Of a stretch of 64,000 nt of DNA, positions 41,091 through 53,861 are shown in pieces. Made by a program: the position numbers and the translations under genes. Each line of letters opens with the position of its first letter. Positions within the stretch are counted from its first letter, which is position 1. Source of the stretch: Amoebidium appalachense (taxonomy: Eukaryota > Protista > Ichthyosporea); the NCBI GenBank assembly GCA_963693365.1, contig CAVNZM010000004.1:2502389-2566388 (forward strand), read 5' to 3'. The notes beneath the pieces were generated by a model. That model ran no database searches. It worked only from the letters and a program-made list of their open reading frames with translations, and was not told the origin of the DNA.

Positions 41091-42255
41091 CACCAGCTCT
41101 TCCGCGGATCCAGTTAATTCAGCTGCAGGATGTTGATGTTTTATATCAACAGCATCCTTTGTGTTTGGGTGTTTTACCTCCTTTTGACCTTGCATGGGTG
41201 GCTTATATAAGGTGTGGAGCACATGCTGCCCCCCCCCCCCCTCCCCCCCTCTCCCCCGTGGGGAAAAAGCCACTGAGAACAAGATTGGGGGTAAAAAATT
41301 AATAAATTAAGGGTCTCTTTCTCTCTCTAATTTTCCTCCCCCTCAGTCAGGCTGAAACTCCCTCCTCAAAAAGGTTTTCTCCCCATCACCATGCATCTAG
41401 CCGCTTTTTATGCATGTGCCAAGTTGGTAGATATCGATGGCCATAGGCAGCTGTGCGCAGCCTGGTTTCAGCCTCCGCAGGTGGTGTCACTGAATTGAAT
41501 AGAGATCTTCTCTTCTGCATACACCCAACTGCAGCATCAAGAGTTTATCTTTACTGATTGGCAATCACTACTCCGACGGCAGGATGTTCACTGCTGGTGG
41601 AACTGTAAACAAGGGATGGGCCAGGCGCCCCCTAAGGTTATAAATGCACATTGACCGTTTTACCAGTGGGCCCTGGAACATTCGATCGATGGCCCCCCTT
41701 AGGGCCGCCCGCTGGAGCTTGGAGCAGCTACCAAAAAATAATAACCAAAAAAGCCCTCGTTACAAAAGCATCTCCCATGTGCCCTCTCTGCCTCCCTGAT
41801 GATTGCCGCCGTCTTCCGGGCAGCGGCAAGACTGCACAGGCACAAAATGGAACCACGGCAGTCCACTGCTCCATGTCTTTCAGTGAGCAGGTGCAGATGC
41901 ACAGTATACATACGTATTGTGTTTATACATATCCGTCTCACAGTTGACTCCTCGGCCGGCGGCTGGGTGTGCATGTGCTCCGAGTGGCTCACTGGCAGTC
42001 ACGGGAGCCTGTTCACCCTATACACTTTGACTAGATTTCACCTTTTAGGGGTGTGTTTGTGCCTTAGTGTACATTAAAAGGGGTGTGTGAACAGGCAAAT
42101 TGAGGCAATTTTCGGCAGCTTTTTACGCAAAAATATCAACCATGGAACTGAATGCAAAATAATCCCCCAACACTGTTGGCTACGGGGTGTCATGGTGCTA
42201 ACTCAAAATTTCCAGATTTGATATTTCGAGTTTTACCTCTTTCCCTACGGGTGTC

Positions 42256-43128
42256 TGTTGGAATACGTCACCATGTATGACAGCAAGAGCCTTGAAGTAT
42301 GTATGTGTCCTAGCTTGTTTGTATTCGTGTCTGCTTTCCCTCTTTGTGCTCTCTCTCTCTCTCTCTCTCCCCCCCCCCCCCCCCCCCCCCCCCCCCGTAT
42401 CTCTCTCTCCCTTGTTTCTGTGGGCACAGATATCTGTAGATCTGTGCACACCTGGCTCTCTTGCCTGATAAGAACTTATTGTGTTTTATTTCTGTTTGCT
42501 CTCCTCTGTTTATCTGAGAGGTAGCGTGATTGGCTAGCCTCACTCGTTGTCTTTCCTTTATTTCAAAATGGCCTAGTTTTGTTCTCAAAAGGATGGCTCG
42601 CCAATAGTCGCGAGCGAGTACATCTGTAGATTGTGTTGTGCATTCCTGTCTATTAATATATGTGTGTTGTGATTGGACAATAGATATATATGGAATTCGG
42701 TTTATTGCAAAGTGTCTTCACTTTGAGAGTGTCGACTGTTAGGAAATATATGTATTTAAATAAGTTTCTTTATAGAGACGAACATAAATATATATGTGAG
42801 TTAATAGTGACTAGATGTATAATTACTTAATTTATTTAAGTAAGAGTTTCTACACTTTAGTTTTATCGGAAGTTGGAATGCGTATGCTCTGTCGGAATGT
42901 GTTTTTCTATCTTCTGATAGAACCGATTGGTTCTCCCTCTTTAGTTGTGATAAGGTGATAAGTCGCAAGTACAAAAGGAACCGAAAGCACAATAAAGATT
43001 TAGTTGTTGTTTGAAATCTTTTCAATGTCTCGTGAACAACTCCGATTGCCCTCTCATTAATGTGTTAGTCGTGTTTTACATGACACCTCTGTGCACTCTG
43101 CTCCCTTAGACCCGTACAAAAAACAACA
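42256..43128 (+). repeat. 5' LTR (873 bp)
   Basis: TGTTGGAATAC...AACAACA. It differs from the 3' LTR by about two substitutions seen by eye, plus simple-repeat length. Confidence 0.95.
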
Positions 43129-43246
43129 GGTTAAAGGCCCATTTTCGCACGCTCTCGCAACACATACTCTCGCTGCAATCAAAAATATTCAAATTTGAAT
43201 ACGGATCTGATTCCTCTCTCACGCATCATCTGACTGATTGATCACC

Positions 43247-46200
43247 ATGTCGGAGAAACCTGCGTATCTCAACCTCACCCCCTGGAAAGGGGATGACACC
43301 ACGGACAAGAAGTCCGGCAAACGTCTCACCTATTATGAGTGGGAACCCGTCATCTTCCGGTACCTACGTACCACCACCGCGGCCAAATTAGTGCCCGTCA
43401 TCAAGGCCCCCGAGTGGGTCGACCCTTCCGACGAGAATGAGTGGCACGGCTACGACACTGAGGAGGCCTACACCGAGGCTTCCAACCTCCTTGAACAGAT
43501 GTTTACTCAACTCGTCTCCAATGATGAGCTGTATAACTCTGGTCAAATCCACGATGATGTGTCACCTGCCCAAGCTTTCCACAACCTCCGTATGACCTAT
43601 GCGGCTGAACGTGAAGATCGTGCTCGTCAAATCCTCCTCGACTACCATGAGCTTGAACTCAAAGACTTCAAGACCGTCACGGCCTACCTCACCATGGCAC
43701 GCCGTCTGTGCACTACCCTGCACATCCTCGAAGAGCCCATTCCTCACAAGACTATGGTTGATAACTTCTTCATCCACCTCAAGAAGAACCGTAAGTTAGT
43801 TTGTACCGACATCCAGGCCATGATTGCCGACTACTTCCGTCGTACCATTAACTACGAGACCTACAACCGTCTAATCAGTGACATCAGAGCTGCAGAGATC
43901 CGTGAAGGTCTCATCGACTCTGGGTCCGGGTCCTCCTCCACCGTCCGAACAGCACGTGCCCTGCAAAGCCGTGTACTCACCAAGGACGACCTCAGACACC
44001 GGATCCCCCGACGTGACAGCTCCGTCTCCCGTCACCCCCGCGGTCGTCCCACCGATCGATCCCCCTCAGTTGACCGTGATTACTCACGGTCCCGTTCCCC
44101 CGGCTATTGTTCCCGGTCACCCTACCCCCCACGTAAAGGGGGTAACCGTCATTCCCAGCCACCCCGAGCCAAGACCACTGGCTCCCTCGACTGTGCCTAC
44201 TGTCACGAAGACCATCATGTCACACAGTGTGACAAACCTGGCTGCTCAATTGCCCGTCGTCACCGTGCCAACACCAAGTCTGGAAAAGAGGTGCATTTTG
44301 CCCTCGTGTCCACCACGGCCTCCCTACCCATGGACCCCTGCTGGGACTCGGCTTCAAACGTCCACGTGTGCCCAGTAAAAGAGTACTTCTCTACTCTTGA
44401 GCCATGCCCCCCGACTGACGTCCACGGCCTCGGCATCGTCACTGCACATCACCGTGGTGTCATCAACCTGGCCGTCACCTACAACGGAGTAACATCAGTA
44501 CTGAGCCTCAACACCCTCTATGTACCCGACTCCCCAGCCTTCCTGATATCACCCTCAATGGCCTCCAAGTCGGGTCTCCTTGCCCACCTCGATGATGAGG
44601 ATGCATTCCCATCATACCTCTACACTCGTGGTGGCAACATCGTGTGTTCCCTCACAGGCACAGATGGACTGTACTTCATCACTGACTATGAGATACGTCC
44701 CTCCATCCCTCGGACCGTCACTCCTCTGGTAGCCAACGTCAAGGTAAACAATGATCCTCAGCTCTGGCACCACCGTCTCGGTCATCGTGCCCTGTCCACC
44801 CTCACCAAGATGGTGAGAGGTGACCTCGTGACAGGCCTCCCCTCATCCCTCTCAGTGGCTGACACCACTGACTGCTTCGGTTGTGTCTCCGGCAAGACCA
44901 CCAAAGCCCCATTCTCCGGCACCAGAACCCAGTGCCCCTTCCCCGGTGCCAAGTGGCACATGGACTTCTTCGAGCCTCCCTGTGCCTCCTATGGTGGCTA
45001 CAAGGTGGCCCTCGTGTGTACCTGTGATGCCTCCGGCTACACCATCGTGTACCTCCTCCGTGATCGATCCGAAACTCTCGAATACGTCAAGGCCCTGGTT
45101 GAGACTACTGACAAGCAACCCGACAAGGTGGTGACCCACTTCCGTTCAGACTCTGGGTCCGAGTTCACCTCCCACGCTATGGAGCAGTACTGCCAGTCCA
45201 AGGGCATCATTCAGGAATTTGCCCCGGTTGACTGCCCCCAACTCAACGGCTTCGTTGAACGTAAGATGAGGGATCTGCAGGAGATCGTTCGGTGCTTCCT
45301 TCATCAGGACAAGGCCGACTCCCTTTCCCCCAAACTGTGGGGAGCTGCTCTCAAGCATGCTGCCTACATCATCAACGTGACCCCGGCCAGAGCTGCCAAT
45401 GGCCGTACACCGTTTGAAATTTTCTACGGCGTCAAGCCTGACATCTCCCACCTGCACGTGTTCGGCTGCCCAGCCTATGTACACGTCCCTGCATCCAAAC
45501 GAGACAAGTTGGCCTCTACCGTCAAACTCGGCACCTACGTGGGCTGGGATATCACCAACAAAGCCCACAAGATCATGAATCTACGTGGCAACACGGTCAA
45601 CCTCTACCGCGATGTCGTCTTCGACGAATCACAATTCACCACGGCATCCAATCAGCTTTCTGTGCAGGCCACCAATCAGACGACCTCAATCGATTCATCC
45701 CTGCATTCCGGAAATTCCAATTCCGATGACGATGAAATTCCGTCGGTGATTATCCGTCGTTCCCCCCGTCGTGTACCTGCCCCCGTGGCTCCACCCACCC
45801 CCCCCCCCCACCGGTCAGCAACCCCTGCTGCCGGCCCCTGCCGTCAATGACCACGTACCTGGTCATCTCACCCCGGTTCGTCCTGGGTCTCCGGAGTTCC
45901 ACTCGGCCCCGTCCAGCCCCGTGTTATCCAACTCCCCCCTCAACACGGCACCCATTCCTGGCTTCCAGGCCCCCATCCCCGACCACCGAGTGTCTGTCCC
46001 AGACACCCCCCCGGCCCCTGAGCCCCTCCGTACCGTCCCCCGTCGTTCCTCCCGTCTCTCCTCTCGGCCTGCCATGGCTATGGTGAGCATCTCCCACCCA
46101 GCCTTGATGTGTCTCAGCTGCCCCGGTCAATTCAGAAGCTGTGCTCCGGCACCAAGGGTGATGAAGTGGTGACTGCCCTCACTGCCGAGTACAAGGCTTT

Positions 46201-47669
46201 CATCGACAAGGACATCTTCGACGTAGTTGAGCCCCCCTCCGATGCCAACATCATCCGATTCAAGTGGATTGTCACGGAGAAGGTCCTCAACTCTGCTGGT
46301 GACACCAAGATCAAGGGTCGTGGTGTGGCCAAGGGTTTCACCCAAGTCTACGGTGTTGACTACGGTGAAAACTCTTCCCCCGTCGTCATGTCCTCCTCCG
46401 TCCGTGCCCTGCTTGCCCTCGGTGTGCAACAGGACCACGAGATCCATCAACTCGACATCAGCACGGCCTTCCTCAACAGCCCCCTCGACGAGACTTTGTA
46501 CATGGAGCAACCTCCTGGTTTTATCCTCCCTGGCACTGAACACAAAGTCTGGAAACTCAAGAAGGCCATCTACGGACTCAAGCAGGCATCCCTGGCATGG
46601 TACGAGTTCTTCAACTCCATTCTCATTGCCCACGGCCTCACCCGTCTCCGTTCCGATCCGTGTGTCTACTTCCGTCAGTTCCCCAATGGGCACATCATCC
46701 GTTCGGGCAACTACGTTGATGATGCCATCATCACCTGCACACGGAACTCCACCATCATGCAGGGGCTTGTTCGTCACATCACGAAGTCTGCCGAGTGCAA
46801 GGTCGGTCTGCCAGACATCTTCCTCGGCACCCAACTGCTGTACACCCGTGACTCCCTCAAGCTGCTGCAGTCCTCCTACATCAAGGACATCATCACCGAC
46901 TTCAACCTGGTCGATGCCAAGCCTAAGGCAACCCCTATTCCCGTGGGCACCATCATCAACGAGACCTCCCTCTCATCCCTGCCCACCACCGTCCCCTACC
47001 GTGAACTCCTCGGCCGTCTGCTGTGGGTTGCTCGGTGCTCCCGGCCTGACATCTCGTATGCCATTGGCTACCTCGGCCGATTCAGCTCCAAGCCCACCAA
47101 GACTGCCTGGGAGCTTCTCCTCCGTGTCGTTCGTTACCTGCTCGGCACCATCAACCTCGGCCTCTACTACAAGAAGAAGGCCCCCAACAGCAAGGTGCCC
47201 ATCCTTGAGTGCTACTCGGATTCTGACTTTGCTGGTTGCCCCACCACCCCGTCGTTCCACGTCTGGGTACGTCATCCTCCTCGAAGGCTCCCCCGTCACC
47301 TACCACTCCAAGCTGCAGACGATCACTGCAACTTCCACGTGTGAGGCCGAGCTCCTGGCCCTCAATGCTGCCGTGCAAGATGTTGTCTGGCACCGTGATC
47401 TACTAAAGGAGCTGGGCTACCCCGTGACCGAGCCCACCCCCGTGTACTGTGACAATCAGTCCACCATTGCTCTGGTCCACTCCAACACCATCAAGCACCG
47501 GACCAAGCACATTGCCGTTCGTTACTTCAACACAAAGGACTACATCAACAGTGGGGACGTCACTGTCACCTACATCGACACCAAGAAGAACCTGGCCGAC
47601 ATCTTCACCAAGCCTCTGGCTGGTCCGGCCCACGACACACACCGTGCCAACCTCAGTCTCCGTGACTGA
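43247..47669 (+). CDS. Copia Gag-Pol polyprotein (three single-base frameshifts as assembled)
   Basis: Zinc knuckle CAYCHEDHHVTQC; protease WDSASNVH; WHHRLGH/CFGC; integrase WHMD..RSDSGSEF..PQLNGFVER; RT QLDISTAFL, YMEQPPGF, LKKAIYGLKQA, YVDD; RNase H YSDSDFAG, EAEL, CDNQS, ADIFTK. Shifts at ~45800, ~46110 and ~47250. Confidence 0.92.
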
Positions 47670-48392
47670 CCCGTGCACTGGTGTTCATCATCAAGTGGTT
47701 TTCTGAGTAGGTTGGGGCCCTGGACAGCAGTTGACACACCTACGGTGATCAAGATGCCTCCCAACGAAAGTCTACTACTCCTCATCGTTTCTCTTCATCA
47801 GTGGGGACTCAGTCTTCCATCGTCATATGTGTGCATCTTCAGTGGGGATTATTCTCCCCCATCCGTCGTTTATTTATATTCATATCCCACCATATATATT
47901 GGTTTTCTTCTATATTCGACTTATATATATGTCGAACTGGGATGGCGTCCCAGTATAAATAATTATCTATAGCCATGACGTGCTGGTTGACTGCCAGTCT
48001 AAACCTAGTCCACGGGATGCACCTTCCCCGTGTCTTAACTGGTTGACCACCAGTCTATAAATCAGTCCACAAGATGTTCATGTCTTGTGTTTACCTGGGT
48101 GGTCCCCAGTATAAACCATTAGCCACCAACACGTCACACATACACTAGTGTTTCCTATATATATATATATATATATCGCCGATAACCACCATGATTTCTT
48201 ATTTCGAGTCTTCAGAGGCAACCGTCGTTGTGTGCCTCTTCAGTTTTGATTCTCTCCTTCCCACCTCAAGGATCTTCGGTTTGCATCCTCGAGTGGGGAA
48301 ACTTGAGTGTGACGGCCCCTCCTGTGTTTGGACCTCATCTACCGTCACATCAACAGACACGAGAACACAAACTTCAACCCCTTGAGTGGGGA

Positions 48393-49253
48393 TGTTGGAA
48401 TACGTCACCATGTATGACAGCAAGAGCCTTGAAGTATGTATGTGTCCTAGCTTGTTTGTATTCGTGTCTGCTTTCCCTCTTTGTGCTCTCTCTCTCTCTC
48501 TCCCCCCCCCCCCCCCCCCCCCGTATCTCTCTCTCCCTTGTTTCTGTGGGCACAGATATCTGTAGATCTGTGCACACCTGGCTCTCTTGCCTGATAAGAA
48601 CTTATTGTGTTTTATTTCTGTTTGCTCTCCTCTGTTTATCTGAGAGGTAGCGTGATTGGCTAGCCTCACTCGTTGTCTTTCCTTTATTTCAAAATGGCCT
48701 AGTTTTGTTCTCAAAAGGATGGCTCGCCAATAGTCGCGAGCGAGTACATCTGTAGATTGTGTTGTGCACTCCTGTCTATTAATATATGTGTGTTGTGATT
48801 GGACAATAGATATATATGGAATTCGGTTTATTGCAAAGTGTCTTCACTTTGAGAGTGTCGACTGTTAGGAAATATATGTATTTAAATAAGTTTCTTTATA
48901 GAGACGAACATAAATATATATGTGAGTTAATAGTGACTAGATGTATAATTACTTAATTTATTTAAGTAAGAGTTTCTACACTTTAGTTTAATCGGAAGTT
49001 GGAATGCGTATGCTCTGTCGGAATGTGTTTTTCTATCTTCTGATAGAACCGATTGGTTCTCCCTCTTTAGTTGTGATAAGGTGATAAGTCGCAAGTACAA
49101 AAGGAACCGAAAGCACAATAAAGATTTAGTTGTTGTTTGAAATCTTTTCAATGTCTCGTGAACAACTCCGATTGCCCTCTCATTAATGTGTTAGTCGTGT
49201 TTTACATGACACCTCTGTGCACTCTGCTCCCTTAGACCCGTACAAAAACAACA
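48393..49253 (+). repeat. 3' LTR (861 bp)
   Basis: Direct repeat of 42256-43128, followed by the TSD GTGTC. Confidence 0.95.
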
Positions 49254-50796
49254 GTGTCTGCTACACTGGCTGGCAATGTGACCACTTTAGACTTTTTGTT
49301 GAATTCTGTTGGTCGTCACATTGAACATTTATATGATTTTCACACAGTGTTCAGGTATCATGTCGCGTTTTACATCTTTCCCTACGGGTGTCTGCTACAC
49401 TGGCTGGCAATGTGACCACTTTAGACTTTTTGTTGAATTCTGTTGGTCGTCACATTGAGTACTTATATGATTTTCACACAGTGTTCAGGTATCTCAGTAT
49501 GCACTTGTTACTGGATAACTCGTGAAGTTTTTATTGTCTTCTTATGTCGCGTTTTACCTCTTTCCCTACGGGTGTCTGCTACACTGGCTGGCAATGTGAC
49601 CACTTTAGACTTTTTGTTGAATTCTGTTGGTCGTCACATTGAGTATTTATATGATTTTCACACAGTGTTCAGGTATCTCAGTATGCACTTGTTACTGGAT
49701 AACTCGTGAAGTTTTTATTGTCTTCTCAGTATGCCGTGCATACTTGCATATCTTTCCGTCGAATAAATCCATTCAAAAGAAATATTTCGAGGTTTAGAGG
49801 CGACTGACGCGACTCTGAAAACACTATGTCAGTGACAAACGACTGCAGGTTTTAAATACGTAACAGGCACCAGAAATTTGACCCGGTATTTTATTTTGCG
49901 ATAGAGGTGCTATATTTCTTCATCCCTCCTGCATGATGCATGATGCATCTGTGATGTATCCTCTGAAATCTGAATGTGAGTCCTGACGGTTCAACGAAAA
50001 GTTTTCTTTTTTTCTTTTGACTCGGGTTTATTGATCCGTTGATGAAGGCAACGTGCAGCCACAGGCTACATAACCACCAATAGAACTGAAAAAGCCAAAG
50101 CTACGAAATAAAAATAAAGCGACAAGTGACAAAGGACACCAGCGGGCAAAACCTTAAGTGTACGTGTATGCGTGAAACTAGTTTGCTCCAACTAGTCATA
50201 TGCATCGATGTTGACCAGACCACACTCCGCAAGAAGACATCATTACTGCTCCTTCCCAACAGGCCCCCCTCAAAACCTACCGAGACACAGCAAGCAAGTC
50301 AGCCTCTAAAAGAGCAATGCAGACCAAATCTGAGCTAAAAAACAATCCCAACAGGCCCGGCCCCTAGATAACCCGGAGAAACTGCATCTAGCTCTCTGAT
50401 AAGGTGGCCTATAGCTAGTTGTGGAAGGACACACAGAAAAACACAATTACAGAATGCATGCAAGCAAACCCGGTCATTGCCATACGACTGGAGGCTAAGG
50501 ACTGGCAGTCACTTGGAAAGCTCCCTGACGACCAAGTAGCCGCCCCTCCACTCACGCAGCGCAGAAGTAGCTGAAGAAGTTGCAGCAACCCACCGCCAAT
50601 AGGTCGCGTAGAAGCGTAGACAGCGTGTAGAAGTTACCATAGGTTGCAGTGGACCACCAGGCGTTGAAGAAACCACTTCTCAAGCGAGAAACTCCGCGAA
50701 AGGGAGATGCCCCCACACTCTCACAGCAGTAGGAATACACCAGGCCACACCACACACACGCTGCAGTCACGTTCCCCTGAGTGGGACTCCCTCCCA

Positions 50797-51000
50797 CCAC
50801 AAAAAGAAGAAACGAAAGCCTTTATATACCTGCCAATAGTGAAGAATCGGGAAAAAAAGTTGACGTGACAGCTAAGAGATCGAAGTGAAAGTGAAGTCCC
50901 ACAAAAAGAAGAAACGAAAGCCTTTATATACCTGCCATGGTGAATAATCGGGAAAAAAAGTTGACGAGACAGCTAAGAGATCGAAGTGAAAGTGAAGTCC
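50797..51000. repeat. Two-unit ~102-bp tandem duplication
   Basis: ccacaaaaagaagaaacgaaagcctttatatacctgcca...gctaagagatcgaagtgaaagtgaagtc occurs twice with few mismatches. Confidence 0.9.
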
Positions 51001-52653
51001 AAACGTAAAGTCGAGGGTTTTGGGGGAGTAGCGCCACCAAAGGGCCGCCCAAAAGCCTTGTCCACGTTCGGAGTAAAGAGCCGAGAGAGAGAGGAGAGAA
51101 AGGGAGAGACAAAAAAGTGCATTTCACATGTTCATTAATTCTACATGCTGTTTTTTTTTGTTCTAATTTTTGTGTGCGCTGAAATTTTGTGTCACGGTAT
51201 TGACTTATTATTCTTGACACTATGTACTGGGTGCCGGGGGCCTGAAATCGATTCTGCTGCCCAATAATAACGCCCGAAACCTCGTAAGTCACCGTTTCTT
51301 CACTCCCCCATTTCCCAATCTCACTTGCTCATACATGCACCCTTATCATTCCTTTGTTGAAAGGAAAATACACCTGCGCATGCCTTGGGTTGTGGTTTCT
51401 CTCCTGCCTATCTTCAACACCCGTGCTCGAGAGACGTAGGTGTGTGTGCCTTTCAGGAGTCCCAAGAGAGGCTATCACCAACGTCACGGTACGGTATTAT
51501 TAGTGTTTAAGCATTGAAAATTTTCGTAGAGGCGATGCTTTAAATTTTTTTTCCACAAGCCCTAATTTGGTGCTAGTACGCACTGTTTCCTCTACATTTA
51601 GTGTTGTCCTTTTTTTGTGTACACCATGAAATCCTCAAGGCCATCTTTAATTTGTTTTCTTGCGATTGGGTGCTTGTCAAGTGGTACAAGCAAAAAAAAA
51701 AAAAAAAAAAAAAAAAAAGACCTTGTATTTGGTTTTATTACGGTCTCCATCGTGTGCCAAGTTTACTTTTCGTTTTCCCCCTTTTAAAGGAGGTGTAATT
51801 AAGTATGTCATGTTTTTAAGATATGCCCACGCACAATAAATTTCGCACGGTGCCCTTTTTCGAAAATACCCTTAGCTTCTTCTTCGCATTTGATTCACTA
51901 GTTGATTTACTTTTTTCCTTTTGAATATTTTCTCTCTCCTCCCGCTTCTCTCCTTCCATACCTAGTTTGCTAATATTAGTGAGGTTTTATCTAACTCTTT
52001 ACAGTTCTACGCTCTTCCTTTTAAGAGACGGTACACAATAAGGAAAGTGAGGTCATTAATGCTGATGATGGTAAAAATCTGCACTCTAAGACTTCCTTGC
52101 TTATTCTACAAGTCCTTATTTTGCTTGATTCTTTTCTTTGAGCCTCGCTTTCCGCCCACTTCACGAAACAAACCTCAATATCCCTAAAAGGCTAATATTT
52201 AACACAAAGGCAGCCTACACGAGGCAACACATTGGATTTTATATTTTTGCTTGAATTCGAAATTTGTGTGTGGCCGCCGTTGGATCGTCCAGTAGTATTA
52301 GCAAAGGTTCACGTTAATGGGGTTTTACAGTCAAAAATAATCCAGAATTCATGCATATGGGTATGTTTCTTCGGGTGCGTGTGTTTGTGAGTGTTTGTTT
52401 GCAGGGCCCGGGATGGGCAGGGGGGGGGGGGGGGAGGGTGGGGAGGGGGCGGTTGTAACAGCGGTGTGCTTGCCACGTGCCATCACGGTATGTGTGCATG
52501 TGTGATCGGCGAGTGTGTGTCCATAGAAGTGGAATTGTCGACATGGTGCGGATGATCTGGCAAGAGACTATCGGGGTGCTTTCGTCGACGAGCAAAAGGA
52601 CAATGTAATGCACGTGTGCTATTGCACGGGTTTGTCACGTGTGTGCTTGAAAA

Positions 52654-52694
<41 letters not shown>

Positions 52695-52707
52695 ACCCCC
52701 TCCCCCT

Positions 52708-53432
<725 letters not shown>

Positions 53433-53861
53433 ACACACGCGCGCGCGACTGTTGTAATGTCATGGAACGGGTAACGTGGACAAGAAACAAAGTGCTTGAT
53501 ACCAAGAATTTAAGGTATCATTTACCAAAGAGTTAATCGTCCTTTGTTTTGTGTTATTTTACTCGATGTATTTATGTCTTACTTTACCTTAAATTATTAG
53601 CCTTTTTGAAAGGTTCTATCTGTTGTTGGAAATCTTGTTGTTGCTTTCCCGATGGTGGTTGTAATGGTGTGTGAGTTTGTGACAGTGTGCGTGTGATGGT
53701 AGTGGTTATTGAGCGGAGCCCATACCCCTTCTTGTGTATTAACTATTTTTCTACAGCACCATCACAGTTCGGCACCGGGGGCCAAGCCAAATCACACGTG
53801 TCCCTGCATGTAACGACAGGAACCCACACAGAAACCACCATCACCCACCCCAACCGCACAC

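Larger units (their letters stand above)
42256..49253 (+). mobile_element. Full-length Ty1/copia LTR retrotransposon, recent insertion, hemivirus-like PBS
   Basis: TG...CA LTRs at 42256-43128 and 48393-49253. 5-bp TSD GTGTC (42251-42255, 49254-49258). PBS-like GGTTAAAGGCCCA at 43129. PPT TTGAGTGGGGA before the 3' LTR. Domain order gag-PR-IN-RT-RH. Confidence 0.97.
42231..49781 (+). mobile_element. LINE 3'-end insertion made of three tandem partial copies, interrupted by the copia element
   Basis: Flanking direct repeat ATATTTCGAG at 42221-42230 and 49782-49791. Units 42231-42255 plus 49259-49359, 49360-49541 and 49542-49781 are each near-identical to parts of 38464-38703. Confidence 0.7.

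Noticed and set aside
41620-41716. ggcgccccctaagg / ccttagggccgcc inverted repeat as a hAT-like MITE
   Set aside because: The match is short and imperfect, with no 8-bp TSD.
45790-47260. Programmed ribosomal frameshifting in the copia element
   Set aside because: The shifts lie within pol rather than at the gag-pol boundary, and mostly in C-runs; error or decay is simpler.
49254-49781. Repeat array as CRISPR or satellite
   Set aside because: Units are 125-240 bp with no unique spacers, and they match a LINE 3' end elsewhere in the window.
50126-50800. ORFs 50126-50338 (+) and 50552-50800 (-)
   Set aside because: No recognisable motifs or supporting splice structure.
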